Positions 1-12,212 of a stretch of DNA of 64,000 nucleotides are shown one piece after another (position 1 is the first letter of the stretch; each line of letters begins with the position of its first letter). The DNA lies in NCBI GenBank assembly GCA_964016885.1, contig OZ024742.1, positions 98,952,001-99,016,000 of the forward strand, in the 5' to 3' direction. Source of the stretch: Eledone cirrhosa. Its lineage: Eukaryota. Made by a program: the position numbers and the translations under genes. A model generated the notes under the pieces. That model was not told the origin of the DNA and ran no database searches. It was given only the letters and a program-made list of their open reading frames with translations.

Positions 1-492
1 ACGCGTCCATCCTGGTCCTTCAAAGACCGAATCGTGGACTTGTTTCCACTTTTTGCCTCTGTCACTCGGGCCCAGCTAACAGCTTTGGCTCCCTCGTTAC
101 CCAGAGCACGTATTTTACTCCTGACAACGCAGCCCTCGTGCTTCGCATCAAAGAACTGGTCTAGGGCCGTTCTTGACGCCATCACGCCGGCCACTCCTAA
201 TCGCCTCTTCTACTCTATTTGTTAATTCCCTTTCAGTTCTATTCCTATCTGATGCTAATTCCCGACTAAAACCTATCGATTCTATTCTAATTTCTCTCTT
301 GAAAGAGCCCCACCACCTCCTGTTGACAATTGCCCCCGTCAAACGCTGCTTAACTAGTGTGCTAATCCGCTTACTGTAAGCTTTGTTTGTCGGTAAAGAC
401 AAGTCTAGCTTCCAGTAACCGGGTCCCTGTCTATGAGTTCTATCAAGGTTGACCACTCCGGTCAATAACTTGTGATCCGAATAGTCAACCAT
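1..492 (-). mobile_element. Tx1/L1-clade LINE ORF2 fragment (end of APE endonuclease plus linker), 5'-truncated and running off the left edge; diverged relative of the family at 22574-34259
   Basis: ORF 148..492 translates DYSDHKLLTGVVNLDRTHRQGPGYWKL...KQRLTGAIVNRRWWGSFKREIR, colinear with AYSDHKLVICMVDLDKTRRLGPSYWKL...KQKLTGGVVNNRWWGALKREIR of ORF2 24726..28145; in-frame disruption near 148. Confidence 0.85.
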
Positions 493-1019
493 GAACAGTC
501 AATGTATATCTCTATGTACAGCTGTCTATACGATATATTACGATTTTTGACGTGGAGTAGTCTATATTATAAAACTGGACTGCCATAATATATCTAGATA
601 TACAGTGGTTTATGATATACCTTATGATTGCCTGTCGCACTGTATCTAGTATCGATATATAAAGGTGTTTGTACTATGCCTTATGACTACTATCGAGTAA
701 CTGTAAATACTGTTATATATATATATTACAAGTCTACTATCAGTCTGAACGTGTCTTTACGTACAGTCTTCTATAATATAACTCTTTATATTCAATTCAC
801 TATAATAGGACTCTCTAATTGTATGTATGCTTGGCTGTACTTCTGCTGACTATAAAATATGTATATGTCATTTGAACTTCTGTCACAAACTATCGTAACA
901 ATATGTATACTTGTTTGAATCATAACCCTTGACTATCACCCTACCTGTATGTGTGTCTCTGACATATTGGAGCTATCTGTATAGTTAGTGGTGCTATTTA
1001 TGTATATGTGTGTGCGGGT

Positions 1020-1261
1020 AACAGCTCACACCTTTGCAGGTTTAGCTGGCCTCCTCCAGGGTATATCTCGTTGGAAGTCTCTTGGGTAATTTTAATGATA
1101 GGGATCCCAGTGTCTATCATTTCATTTCTACAGCTGAGTAAACTAGAGCAACGTGAAATAAAGTGTCTTGCTCAAGGAAACAACACATCACCCGGTCCGA
1201 GAATTGAACTCACAACCTTTCGATTGCAAGCCCAATGCTCTAACCACTAAGCCATGCACCT
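1020..1261 (-). mobile_element. tRNA-derived SINE (CORE/V-like central domain)
   Basis: Reverse complement starts GGTGCATGGCTTAGTGGTTAGAGCATTGGGCTTGCAATCGAAAGGTTGTGAGTTCAATTCTC (A box TGGCTTAGTGG, B box GAGTTCAATTC), followed by CCTTGAGCAAGACACTTT; 3' boundary approximate. Confidence 0.75.
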
Positions 1262-1564
1262 TCACATTTATGTATATCTGTCATAGTGTATCGATATGTA
1301 TAATTATTTAAACAGTAACTCTTGACTGTTTGGTTATCTGTGTTTATGCATGGCTCTGTTATATTGTATTTATCTGTATAGTTATTTATCTATGACTTAT
1401 CTCTTGTTTATCATAGTGTAACTGGAGGTTTAGTTGTCAGTGTTCTTGTATCTATAATATCTCTATATCTTATCTGTCATCATGTCTATTTGTCTATTAT
1501 TGTTTGCATATATATATTATGTACGCACACACATACATGCACACACACGTACCGCCACTCTCCC

Positions 1565-1565
<1 letters not shown>

Positions 1566-1637
<72 letters not shown>
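1566..1637. repeat. (CT)n microsatellite
   Basis: Direct reading. Confidence 0.95.
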
Positions 1638-1641
<4 letters not shown>

Positions 1642-2434
1642 TTCCTATCTCTCACTCTCTTTTCTTTATCAATACATCAAGTCTACACTCACTTCTACTA
1701 TCTGATAGCTAGCTGTATCTTATATATCTTTCTATCTATCTATCAGAAACAAAACGACACATCCGCCTACTCTGTCACTCTTACACTATTAATCCATCAC
1801 ATACCCTCTACCCCTCTCTCTTTCTCTGCTAAATTCTTTCATTCTCGCCCTTTTATGCACCACCACTCACCATATACACCCTCTATCTTAGAGAAAGTAA
1901 TTTTGTAGCCGCCATAAATATTTTACTGGGTGAGATAAACACACTTTACGCACAAAGAATATCACACGCAATTCCAGGCACTCACATATACACACACAGT
2001 AATACACACGCCCCCCCCCCCCTACAGACACACAAGCCGGTATGAATTTTTTTTCTCTCTCTCTCTCGTCTGCGACTTCACAGAACTTATGTTTACCGAA
2101 TTTGCAGACCAGACCCCTTCTTCCTCCCGTTAGACCTGTGCGAAATTCCTTCCTTGCTCACATTTCAACCAGGTTTGATGGTCTTTATTCTCTCGTTCAC
2201 GATTCCACCGAATTTATATTCATAGAAATCTGCGACTTGTTTCCTTCTTCCCCTCTTTCTGCTGCTTAAACCATTTTGTTTACGTGTCCCAACGACTTTT
2301 TTTTAGCCGTTGCTCGCACCAACCTGAGGTATATGGCCTTTAATGCGACGAAATGCCTACGACGGTTGGATGGCCACTGATGTGGACAAACTTTTTCATA
2401 TGTAACCCATTTGCAGCGCGGCAGCTCCATTATT

Positions 2435-2499
<65 letters not shown>

Positions 2500-2549
2500 G
2501 CACATACACACATAAACACATAAACACACACACACACATATATATATAT

Positions 2550-2745
2550 AACGAAGGAATTGTGGTAAGGAACCAGATGGACCATAACGCACCACGGTAC
2601 TCAATACTTAGGGTAGTAGAGTGGGTAATAGGAACAAGTATGACCCCCCGACGAGAGAGCTCAAGCCGTTTCGACGTCTATTTCTGTCCAGAAATAGCCG
2701 TCGAAACGGCTTGAGCTCTGCCGTCGGGGTCATAGTTGTTCCTAT
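2550..2745. repeat. Short dispersed repeat ending in a ~55-bp-arm inverted repeat; probably a truncated and inverted Penelope-like terminal repeat
   Basis: TAGGAACAAGTATGACCCC..GAGCTCAAGCCGTTTCGACG.CTATTTCTG pairs with CAGAAATAG.CGTCGAAACGGCTTGAGCTC..GGGGTCATAGTTGTTCCTA; homologous to 4540-4732; flanked by TA runs. Confidence 0.6.
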
Positions 2746-2981
2746 ATATATATACTCTTCGAATCAAATCTACATGTCCATGTGCACACATCCATTCATG
2801 CATAATAAATACTAATACAGTCGAATATGGAGACATTCACCTCCTACCTTAGAAGAAGAAGACACTCAAAATGGTATATATACACACTTCTCCCCACCCT
2901 CTCTCTAACACACACACACACATACACATATACCGGAATATTTTAATTAACACAATTTAATTATACAACTGCAAAGGTCTC

Positions 2982-3027
<46 letters not shown>

Positions 3028-4539
3028 AATACATGTATACACACTTTGGCACACATCGACACATATAACACACACTGGCACCATACACATATTTATATAG
3101 CCAAGGACATATAACCATCCATACACATATATCATCACATAAACACATGATATATATACAAATACGCACACACACGCCGGCACATATATATGCACATACA
3201 CGCACATATGCACATATGCATATACTCAACCACACGCACACCGACACACATACACACACACATATATATATACATATATATATACACCCTCATCTACACA
3301 TAATTACATATTACAATTAATGCATCTATAAACACAAAAATGAATGTACACATTTAATTACTCAATTTTCTATATACCGTTACACCTAACTATATACACA
3401 ACTATATAGAAAATTATATATACCGATATACACGCTGGTATTTCACTCACAACCGCACCATCTATCTACAATACACAAGTCTCTCTCTCTCTCGCTCTCT
3501 CTCTTTCTCTATCTATCGATCTATATATATCCCTCCCTCTCTTTCTCTTTCTCTTTCTCTTTCAGACTCTCTCTCTCTCGCTCTCACACAGCCGCATGCA
3601 CAATATAACAACACAATCACACAGACACTCACAATGAAAGTGACATATACAAATAGAACGAATACAACTACATTGTTCAGAATATTTAGACACATCCTTT
3701 ATCCCTAAACCATTAGTGAAGATGTGCTCTCAATGAAAGCCGAGGAATTTATTAAAACCCCGATCGAAATTTATTGTCTTAGCATTCTAGCATTTAACAA
3801 CATTATCACTAAACCCTGATAAATCTACCGACACTGATTCCAGGAAACTACTCACGTGTTGGCATCAAATTGCTATAACCGCCAATATAATGATAATTCC
3901 TTTTTATTTAGCACAAGCTCTGTCGTACAATTTACTACGAAGAGGAGAAATAAATGTGAAAGAATTACCCTTAATATCTTACTGGTATTGGTTTATTTGT
4001 TCTACTTAAAGGTATCAAATTGAAATAGCTATGGATAATGGTAGATATGACGATAACGTAATCCCAGTAAATACGCATGTTAGTATAGCTAAGTTGTTCA
4101 CTTCTCAAAAGTGTAGTTTCGATTTTACTTCCATTGCCACCACAGTTGGTTAGTGTATTTTACTATAGCCTCCAGATGAACAAGGTCGTCTGAAGAAGAA
4201 AAGTAGTTGACGTGAACTAGGTTTACATTGCTTAACTATCACGTTACTGTTTTTTATTCCCAGTAATAAGCTGTTCGACGTTTAGTAGTCAATAAATTAA
4301 GCACCAGATTTACAAATATGAACTAGGGTTAACATGAATGACTAAAACGACGAAGCTGCGCTACAGCATTGATACGATCAGATTACTGTGAAGTGAATAA
4401 CTGTATATATATATATATATATATTTATATAGTTCGGAATATCAGAAAACAAAACACGAAAAAAACAGACGAGCGGACGAGTAAATGTTACAAATAATAT
4501 TAGTTTCACGCTTAGTGAGAGTGGTAGGAGGGTGTATAT

Positions 4540-4729
4540 AACAAAGAGGGTGTGGTAAGATACCAGGTGTACCATAACGCACGAGAGTACTCAATACTAA
4601 GGGTAGTAGAATGGGTAACAGGAAAAGAGTCACGATCCCGACGGCTGAGGTCCAGCCATTTCGACAGCTAGATCCGAACTAGCTGTCGAAATGACCGGAC
4701 ATCAGTGTTCGTGGTCATGATTCTTTTCC

Positions 4730-4732
<3 letters not shown>
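4540..4732. repeat. Second copy of the 2550-2745 repeat family, with its own terminal inverted repeat
   Basis: Shared TGTGGTAAG.ACCAG.TG.ACCATAACGCAC..GTACTCAATACT.AGGGTAGTAGA.TGGGTAA.AGGAA; hairpin around CATTTCGACAGCTAG...CTAGCTGTCGAAATG. Confidence 0.6.
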
Positions 4733-4772
<40 letters not shown>

Positions 4773-4864
4773 CGGCTCTGTTCTTGTACATTGAGGTAAT
4801 ACAATACTGTCACAAATAACACACAGTGTAGGTGCGTTTAGTCACATACGCTTCGTTGTCTACG

Positions 4865-4936
<72 letters not shown>

Positions 4937-5004
4937 CAAGGTTTAGCAAATAGAGAAAAAGTTTTAAAATAAATTTTAAAAAGTTTACTGCACTTACTAT
5001 ATTT

Positions 5005-5088
5005 ACCCTTACCGCGCGGTTTCAAGTCTCAAAATAAATGGATAATCCATGCGGATCACCATTGAGAAGGAGACTCTCGTCAGAGGGT
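5005..5088 (-). ncRNA. Type I hammerhead ribozyme motif (palindromic stem III, GUA cleavage triplet)
   Basis: Reverse complement: ACCCT-CTGACGA-GAGTCTC-(loop)-GAGACTT-GAAA-CCGCGCGG-TA-AGGGT; all core nucleotides present and stems I, II and III pair. Confidence 0.8.
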
Positions 5089-5208
5089 TCTTCTCACTCG
5101 GAGAATATAAAATTCCCGAATTCAAATCACAAACTGGCGCCATACAGAACTGTTCCTGGATGAGAGTGAATGATAAAGAAACAATCTTGTCTAATGCCGT
5201 GTGTAAAT

Positions 5209-5270
<62 letters not shown>

Positions 5271-6899
5271 GGAGGCGTGTGAGAGAGCAAGTAGAATTGA
5301 AGAGAGGGTTACAGCATATGTACACGTTTTATTGGGTATTACAATTGTTTCGATATAGATCCTCTCAGGGTAAATAATCTGCAACACTGACTTCAATTCT
5401 ACTTACAGCCACCTTAACCCTGGAATACGACACGGAGCTCGTAATAGCATTGTGTGCTTCAAATGGAGCGTCGCCAGCAACTGTAGTCATACACCTAACA
5501 CACACACACACTCACACACAGACATATATGTATATATATATGTGTGTGTATGTGTGCCAGTGTGCGTCTGTATTCCAGATATATTTTGAAAAGGTGATTG
5601 TATTTAATGATTTTAAGTGGAGCTGAAATTGTATGTGTTGATGGAATATAGTAATAAATCTACACATGAACGTGGGAGATTCGAATACTCGGCCATTTTA
5701 AACTAAATATTGAGACCTCTTAGATTATGGTTTTCCTCGCGTGAATGTATAATTTAATTTCTATCAATTATTTCGGCTGAATAAGGCTTCTTTATGAGGT
5801 TAAACGGTTTGCGAGAACACGTTGCATAACCTGCTAATGAATATATATTTTTATTTTAATATATAGGCCTTGAATAATTTCTCTTTCTATTCTCTTTGTC
5901 GACGAATTATAATAAATTATATCACACTAAGCATTGTTTATCGAGTACTTTGATAGATTCCAGCTTTAAAGCTTCGATGCTTTTCTCATGTATTTAGAAG
6001 AACAATTTGTATACGTAGGAAGTAGCTTCTGTTTCAACCATCTTATATTGAAAACATGTCTGTGTTTCAATTTGATCATTTATATTAAGTATATGAGGAG
6101 GGATTTACAAATCTTGAAACCGCGCTGACTGATATTCCCAAACATACTTGCAATATGTTGTTCATTGATAGACGCAAATAGATATACATATATATATACA
6201 TATAGATATACATATATATATATCAATGTTGGCGTTACGAACAAATATTTGTCTTTGATAGCAAGGTTACCCATATGTTTATTGCATATAAATGTATAGT
6301 ATATGTTTATATGCTTTCAGATACAAATTTGTCATGCATAAACACTGTCTTTGTGCTACTGCGAATTAAATATAACCGCCAAGTTCACACTATATGCAAA
6401 TGAGCATTTCCTGCAAATGTTTTCTATTTGCTCTATGCAATGAGCATGTCTAGCAAATGTTCGTCACGCAAGATTTAAATAGGCGCGCGTATATTTCCAT
6501 GTTAGCATGAGTTTTGTGAATGTCTTTGATCTAAGATTAACAAATCTGAAAGAGGGTTGTTTCACATTTTCAAACACCCCGGCAGGACTTTTATATGTTC
6601 ACAGTGGTTAATAGAGAGAAATAAGTTTTTTCGTTAATAAAATTTTTTTTTTATAGCAAGCTTACCCATATTTTGATTGTATAAAAACGTATGCTATATA
6701 TATAACCTGATTAGTTTTTTCGTTGTTTTGGTATTGTATGGCTGGGTGTGCCTGCCACAATTTTCAATTGTTCAAGCTGTCTAAACGTATGTTATTACTC
6801 TAAGGCCCGACATTATTGAGTGCTTTGCTACTCATTCCTATGTCGCTTTGCTTGGCTGCTGCCAAGGCTTTGATTTTACTAAGCTTCCACTTGTATATA

Positions 6900-7292
6900 C
6901 AAGGGTAATCCCAAATGTAAGGTCTCCAAAGCGATGGGGACGCAGAGAAACTGTTCGTACGGCTATTGACAACACTGTTGTGATTGGTGCATCCTTCACT
7001 CCCAAACAAGCATGCGCACGCTTCGCTGGGATGCTCAATCTTGGCTTGGCAGCCATTGAGAAATGAGCTCCCGTTGAACGCTACCGCCAAGTGCGAATTT
7101 CGCGCAGATATTATATAGAGGGCAATCCCAAAAGTAAGGTCTCCTTCCGAGGAAAACATACGTAAGGATCGGCGGATCCCTCTGGATACTCTCTGCATTT
7201 TTGTTCCTGAGGTTTTCCGAAGCACCATCCACAGGATTTTAACGTAAAAGTTGCAATATCGGCAGGAGACCTTACTTGTGGGATTGCCCTCG
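6900..7292. mobile_element. Tc1/mariner-type MITE with an extra internal TIR copy
   Basis: Left TIR CAAGGGTAATCCCAAATGTAAGGTCTCC (6900), internal TIR AGAGGGCAATCCCAAAAGTAAGGTCTCC (7117), right TIR GGAGACCTTACTTGTGGGATTGCCCTCG (ends 7292); TA on both outer sides. Confidence 0.7.
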
Positions 7293-7299
7293 TATATAA

Positions 7300-7362
<63 letters not shown>

Positions 7363-7365
<3 letters not shown>

Positions 7366-8189
7366 TCATCATCATCATCATCGCCGTTTTACGTCCGTTC
7401 TTCCACGCTAGCATGGGTTAGACGGGTTGTCCTGTTGTGGGCAGTGTCTGGTCGGCTGACCATGCCTTGCTCATACAGGAACTGATCTGGCTTGATTTCT
7501 ACAGCTGGATGCCCTTCCTAACACCAACCTCATTTACAGTGAGTGCTGGGTGCTTTTTCGTGGCGCCTACACGTCCACTTTACAGTGTGGGCTGGGTGCT
7601 TTTTTGCCGTGGCACCTCCACGACCACCTTGCGGTGGGGGGAGTGGGGGCATATTGTTTATATGCTTCAGCATGTACCCATGGGAGGTCGGGTACCCTGT
7701 ATTACTGCGTGACGCCAGAAGTCACGGTCGTGTGTCATTGTCTTTGAGAGGTGTAGTTGGGTAAGGTCGGCTTTTATCACCTCATCCCAAGTCATCTTGG
7801 GTCTCCCCACTCCGCGGTTTCCATCAACTTCTAGTGCTCTGCACCTTTTTATGCAGCTGTCATCCTTCATACGCATCACATGTCCATACCAGCGTAACCG
7901 CCTCTCCTGCACGCAGCATTTGATTCCTCTTATGCTCAGTCTCTCTCTCAATTCCTTTATGCTTTGTCGTTCACGTATATTACTGTTACACATCCATCGG
8001 AGCATGCAGGCTTCGTTTCTCTCTAATCTACGTAAGTCTTCCACCTTCAGCGCCCAGGTCTCACTACCATGCAACATCGCTGTTCGGATACACGCATCAT
8101 ACAGTCTGCCTTTCATTCCGAGGGAGAAGCCTTTTGCAGCTAGCAGTGGTAGTAGTTCCCTAAACTTCTTCCATCCCGTTCTTACCCTG
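7363..8189 (-). mobile_element. RTE-clade LINE, 5'-truncated (C-terminal ORF, 3'UTR and (GAT)n tail)
   Basis: ORF 7667..8116 KGRLYDACIRTAMLHGSETW...MLRWMC...RRLRWYGHVMRM...GRPKMTW is the typical RTE C-terminus; (CAT)n on + at 7363-7382 is the tail. Confidence 0.85.
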
Positions 8190-8195
8190 ATATAT

Positions 8196-8452
8196 ATATA
8201 TAAAGAAAAAAAGATAAAATCGAAAATGCAACTGGAGTCTTATTTAAAAAAGAATATATATATTTATTTGGTTCCTTTACCGGTTTCGCAGTTCTTCTGC
8301 TTTTCAAAAGTAGAGTTGAGATGGAGGGTCTGTGGTTTTTCTCACATCTGTGAGAAAAACCACAGATAAATATATATATTTAAAAATAAATATATATATT
8401 TAAAAAAAAAAGACTCCAGTTGCATTTTCGATTTCATCTTTTTTTCTTTATA
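8196..8452. repeat. Inverted-repeat element with a decayed hammerhead-like core; probable Penelope-like terminal remnant
   Basis: AAAGAAAAAAAGATAAAATCGAAAATGCAACTGGAGTCTT is inverted at AAGACTCCAGTTGCATTTTCGATTTCATCTTTTTTTCTTT; minus strand 8275-8310 reads CTT-TTGAAAA-GCAG AAGAA CTGC-GAAA-CCGG-TA-AAG. Confidence 0.5.
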
Positions 8453-8805
8453 CTTTCACTCGTGTAGGACACCTCGGTTATTTTTCATTTGGTAAAAAAA
8501 AAAAATGAAAAACCTCACTTTCTAATATATATATATATATATGGGCGGGGGGGGGGGTCTGTGTGTGTGTGTATGTGAACATATATTAAGTATGGACGAG
8601 TTGTCCAATTTTCCTTAAGTTTATTCAGGTGTGACGCGATTGATCAGCTCAAGGTTCGATCTCTGGAAAAGCGTATCAGACTTCTCTCAGCTTATATATA
8701 TGTACTGTGGTTGTATATGTGTACGTGTTTATATAAAATGCTAGTGTATGCGTTGTTGTGTGCTTGCCTTAAACATTACTATTGCTATTACTTTTAAAGC
8801 GTTGT

Positions 8806-9031
8806 AGGGCGGTGGATTGGCAGTATCGGTAGAGGGTGGAACGCCATGCTTTTCAGCAAAGAGTTACGGCCCTTTATGATCTGAGTTCAAATCCCGCCGA
8901 GGTTAACTTTGCCTTTCATCCTTACGGGGTTGATAAAATAAAGTACCAGCCATGCACTGGAGTCGATTTAATGAACTCCCCCCCCCCCCCCTCAAAATTG
9001 CTGGCCTTGTGCCTATATGAGAAACCATTAT
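8806..9031 (+). mobile_element. tRNA-derived SINE with Nin-like domain and LINE-derived 3' end
   Basis: A box TGGCAGTATCGG, B box GAGTTCAAATCC, central CCTTTCATCCTTACGGGGTTGATAAAATAAAGTACC, 3' GGCCTTGTGCC...GAAACCATTAT; flanked by direct repeat TTTTAAAGCGTTG (8792-8804 and 9032-9044). Confidence 0.8.
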
Positions 9032-9044
9032 TTTTAAAGCGTTG

Positions 9045-9238
9045 AACAGCATACTTTTCGGCATATAGTTACGGCCCTATAGATTCTGATTTAAGCATCC
9101 CGTCGAGGTTGGCTTTATCGTTCATCGATACCGGGTTGATAAAATAAAGAACCACTAACCTACTGTGGTCGATCTAATAGACGTTCCCCTGTACCAAAAT
9201 TGTTGGCCTTGAGCCGAAATCAGAAACCATTATTCATA
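9045..9238 (+). mobile_element. Older, truncated copy of the same SINE
   Basis: GTTACGGCCCT...GTCGAGGTT...GGGTTGATAAAATAAAGAACC...AAATTGTTGGCCTTGAGCC...GAAACCATTATT. Confidence 0.7.
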
Positions 9239-9291
9239 TTTAGATAGTGTCTGTGTGTAAATGTATATGTATTTGCCAATGTGAGTATGTT

Positions 9292-9327
<36 letters not shown>

Positions 9328-9333
9328 CGTGTG

Positions 9334-9386
<53 letters not shown>

Positions 9387-10919
9387 TAAAACCGACGCAC
9401 CATGTGTAAAATCGAGTGATAATGAGAGTGATAAGAGTGAGTAAAAGAGTGACAAATAGATGAATTAAAGCATAAAAAGCAAATACCTTATAAGAGAGGG
9501 AGGCGTAGATAGAGATAAAAAATGAAGGGTATAGAGAGAGGGAGAGAGAGAGAGAGCGAAGGCGAAGAGAATACACAAGCAATATAACGATATAGATCTC
9601 AGAGTATCTGAAACTCCCTATGCTGATATAAATATGTGTATTTATCAATATATTTAGCAAGTTTATAAAGATTCTATTCAGATATAACAGTGTAGTTTAT
9701 CAGGATAGTTGCTCCCCGGAGAGCAGTTTTTTAACTGTTATTGTCAAAAACGAATAAAACAACTCTGGGAATCTTCACACAGTTATTGGAAAACATCATT
9801 TAACAAATTGAAATAATGGCTACGCTGTGTGGTTATATAGAAACGTGTACGTGTGCATGTGTGTAGGTACATATGTGCGTGAGCATGTGTAAGTCAAATG
9901 ATTTTGTATAAAATTGTGTTTATGTAAAGGTATATATGTATAAAGGTATACACACACAAACGCACAAATAGTTATGAATGCATGTATATATATATATATA
10001 CATATATATATATCTTTACATATATATATCTTTATATATATATATATATATACATACCTGTTCCATTCAGCAGAAATCATCAGGAAAAACCTTATATATA
10101 TATATATATATACATAAGCGATAATATATTAAAACCCATATAGTGAATATTTATTATTCTGAAAGTAGAATTTATTTGCTTAAACTTTTAATTTTTACCA
10201 CAACTAATATATAAATGTGCGTGTTTAGGTCTGTAAAGCTGTAAAGCTTGGACAAAAAATACATAACAAAAATAATTTTTGTTCATAACGCCTAAATAAG
10301 ACGGTAGAGTTCTCTTAAAATGTTGTACATTAGAGTTTCATCGAAACGGAAACAAAGAAATAAGAGATGTTATTTGTAAGAGAATATAATATAGACCTCT
10401 TGAAATTGATTTAAAATAAAATAAAAAAAGGAAGATAGAGGAAACATAAATCGGATCAAATGCTAGATAAAGGATGCCAACGGCTTTGGACAAAGCGAGT
10501 AGGAAAGGGGTGGGCCTAGGTTTAAAATGCGAATGGTATAAATATATGCTTGTGTATGTTTGCTTATGGAATTGCTGGTAAGTTGCGTGGGATTATTTAG
10601 AGTGAGTTGATGCATGGCATTAGTGGTGGGGGAGTTTCAGTACATATAGTAGTTATTCATACTTATATATATATATAAGGATAAAATCCCATAACTCCTT
10701 GTGGCATCGCACAGGCACCGTCATACGGCATGTCTAGGGCAGATTTAAACCTGGCGGAGACTAAACCTCTCCATGTCTGAATACAGCCGATTTCTATAGA
10801 GGAAGAATCGACCCCAGTACAGGAGTGAGACTTATTTTATCGACCTAGAAAGGCAAAGTTGACAACGGCGCGATTCGAAATCAGAGCACGCAATGAATAT
10901 ATATATATATATATATATA

Positions 10920-11673
10920 TGAAAGTATAGAAATTATTGTGAGCGTGAAGCCAACAGTAGTTCATAATATATAAGTGACTATAGCGTCAAAATGGAAAAT
11001 AATTAACGTAAGATGTGGGAAAATAATTCAAACTCAATTAAAAAAAATCAAGACATAGATTTATCCATAGAATTTTGTGAAATCCAGGGAAAAATCTATA
11101 GAACCTTAACTCTGAATAAAATAAAGTTTAAATACTCATCCTTCAATTTGGAAAAACTTCAAATGCTCTATATAGTCTTAAAAAGACCATTTCACGAAAC
11201 TTTCAGTGGGGATAGTCACTGTTGGAACCGTTCATCAGTAGAGCTCAACACGCTAACCCTAAACCACTGCTAGAAATATTCCAAAAAGGGAATTTAAAAG
11301 CAGGCTAGTTCAACTCATGCGTAAATATGAAATTATCCGCACATGGAGAGACATGGCTGGTGACGTCAGAATGAGAAGAATGTCTGTTTACAGGAAACAG
11401 CAGTAAAAAAAAAACATTCCCCAAAAAACTCTACAAATGTAAGGAATTCAGCAAAATAGCAATATTATGGCGGTTTGGGGGGGGGGGTTAAAGACCGTGA
11501 TTAGTCACAAATAATTTTAAGCACTCTAGGAAAAAATTCCGAGTATAAATATAAATGAAAGTATAGAAATTATTGTGAGGTTGAGCCAACAGTATTTCAT
11601 AATATATAAGTGACTATAACGTCAAAATGGAAAATAATTAACGTAAGATGTATGAAAATAATTCAAACTCAAT
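10920..11673 (-). mobile_element. Hammerhead-bearing element with ~120 bp terminal direct repeats (retrozyme or PLE-LTR-like)
   Basis: TGAAAGTATAGAAATTATTGTGAG...ATTCAAACTCAATT at ~10920-11039 and ~11556-11674 (period ~637 bp); hammerhead at 11165-11244; TA runs on both sides. Confidence 0.65.
11165..11244 (-). ncRNA. Type I hammerhead ribozyme motif with full stem III (AUA triplet)
   Basis: Reverse complement: GCTCTA-CTGATGA-ACGG..(CAGTG/CACTG hairpin)..TCGT-GAAA-TGGTCTT TTT AAGACTA-TA-TAGAGC; 6-bp stem I and 7-bp stem III. Confidence 0.8.
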
Positions 11674-11691
11674 TCAATATATATATATATA

Positions 11692-12166
11692 TACTGTGCG
11701 TCTGTATACAAATATGTATGTACGTATACATACATACTTACATTTAAGTAAGTGCCGTACTATGAGTGAGAAATGAAATTTCGTTTCATTCTATTCCATT
11801 TATCGTTTTCGCTGTGCCCGGCCGACTGAACTCACTCGATATGCAAATTAGGCTGCTCAGCCGTTAATATGCATAAGGAAAGTATATACTTTTAGACGTT
11901 CAACCAGCTGGCAGGAAGGTATACGATGCTGACGATAGCTAATAAGCTTGAAACTAGTACATCGTTCCTATGTCAGTGTTGAACAAAAAGGTGATGTGGT
12001 TGCCTAAACACTGTACGGCGTAATTCGGGCTGTTTGTTTGTTTACAAACAAACAAACCGAGCTTATAATAAATGTTCGGGAAACCGATACGTGAATATAT
12101 CTATGTGTGCATGTGTGTATATATATACATACTACTGTGCGTCTGTATACATATATGTATGTACGT

Positions 12167-12173
<7 letters not shown>
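11692..12173 (+). mobile_element. Dispersed ~1.1-unit copy of the hammerhead satellite family (inverted relative to 55023-58592)
   Basis: Reverse-complement homology to the satellite unit throughout; TACTGTGCGTCTGTATAC occurs at 11692 and again at 12133 (period 441); octamer at 11841-11848. Confidence 0.85.
11923..11965 (+). ncRNA. Minimal type I hammerhead ribozyme motif
   Basis: ACGATG-CTGACGA-TAGCT AATA AGCTT-GAAA-CTAG-TA-CATCGT; U-U at the base of stem II; palindromic ACTAGT stem III. Confidence 0.75.

Positions 12174-12212
<39 letters not shown>

Noticed and set aside
1190-1261. Possible tRNA gene on the minus strand
   Set aside because: A and B boxes are followed by a SINE body and the cloverleaf is imperfect, so it is a SINE head
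6385-6460. Cluster of (T)GCAAATG motifs including one octamer
   Set aside because: No gene context, and such motifs arise easily in AT-rich or locally duplicated DNA
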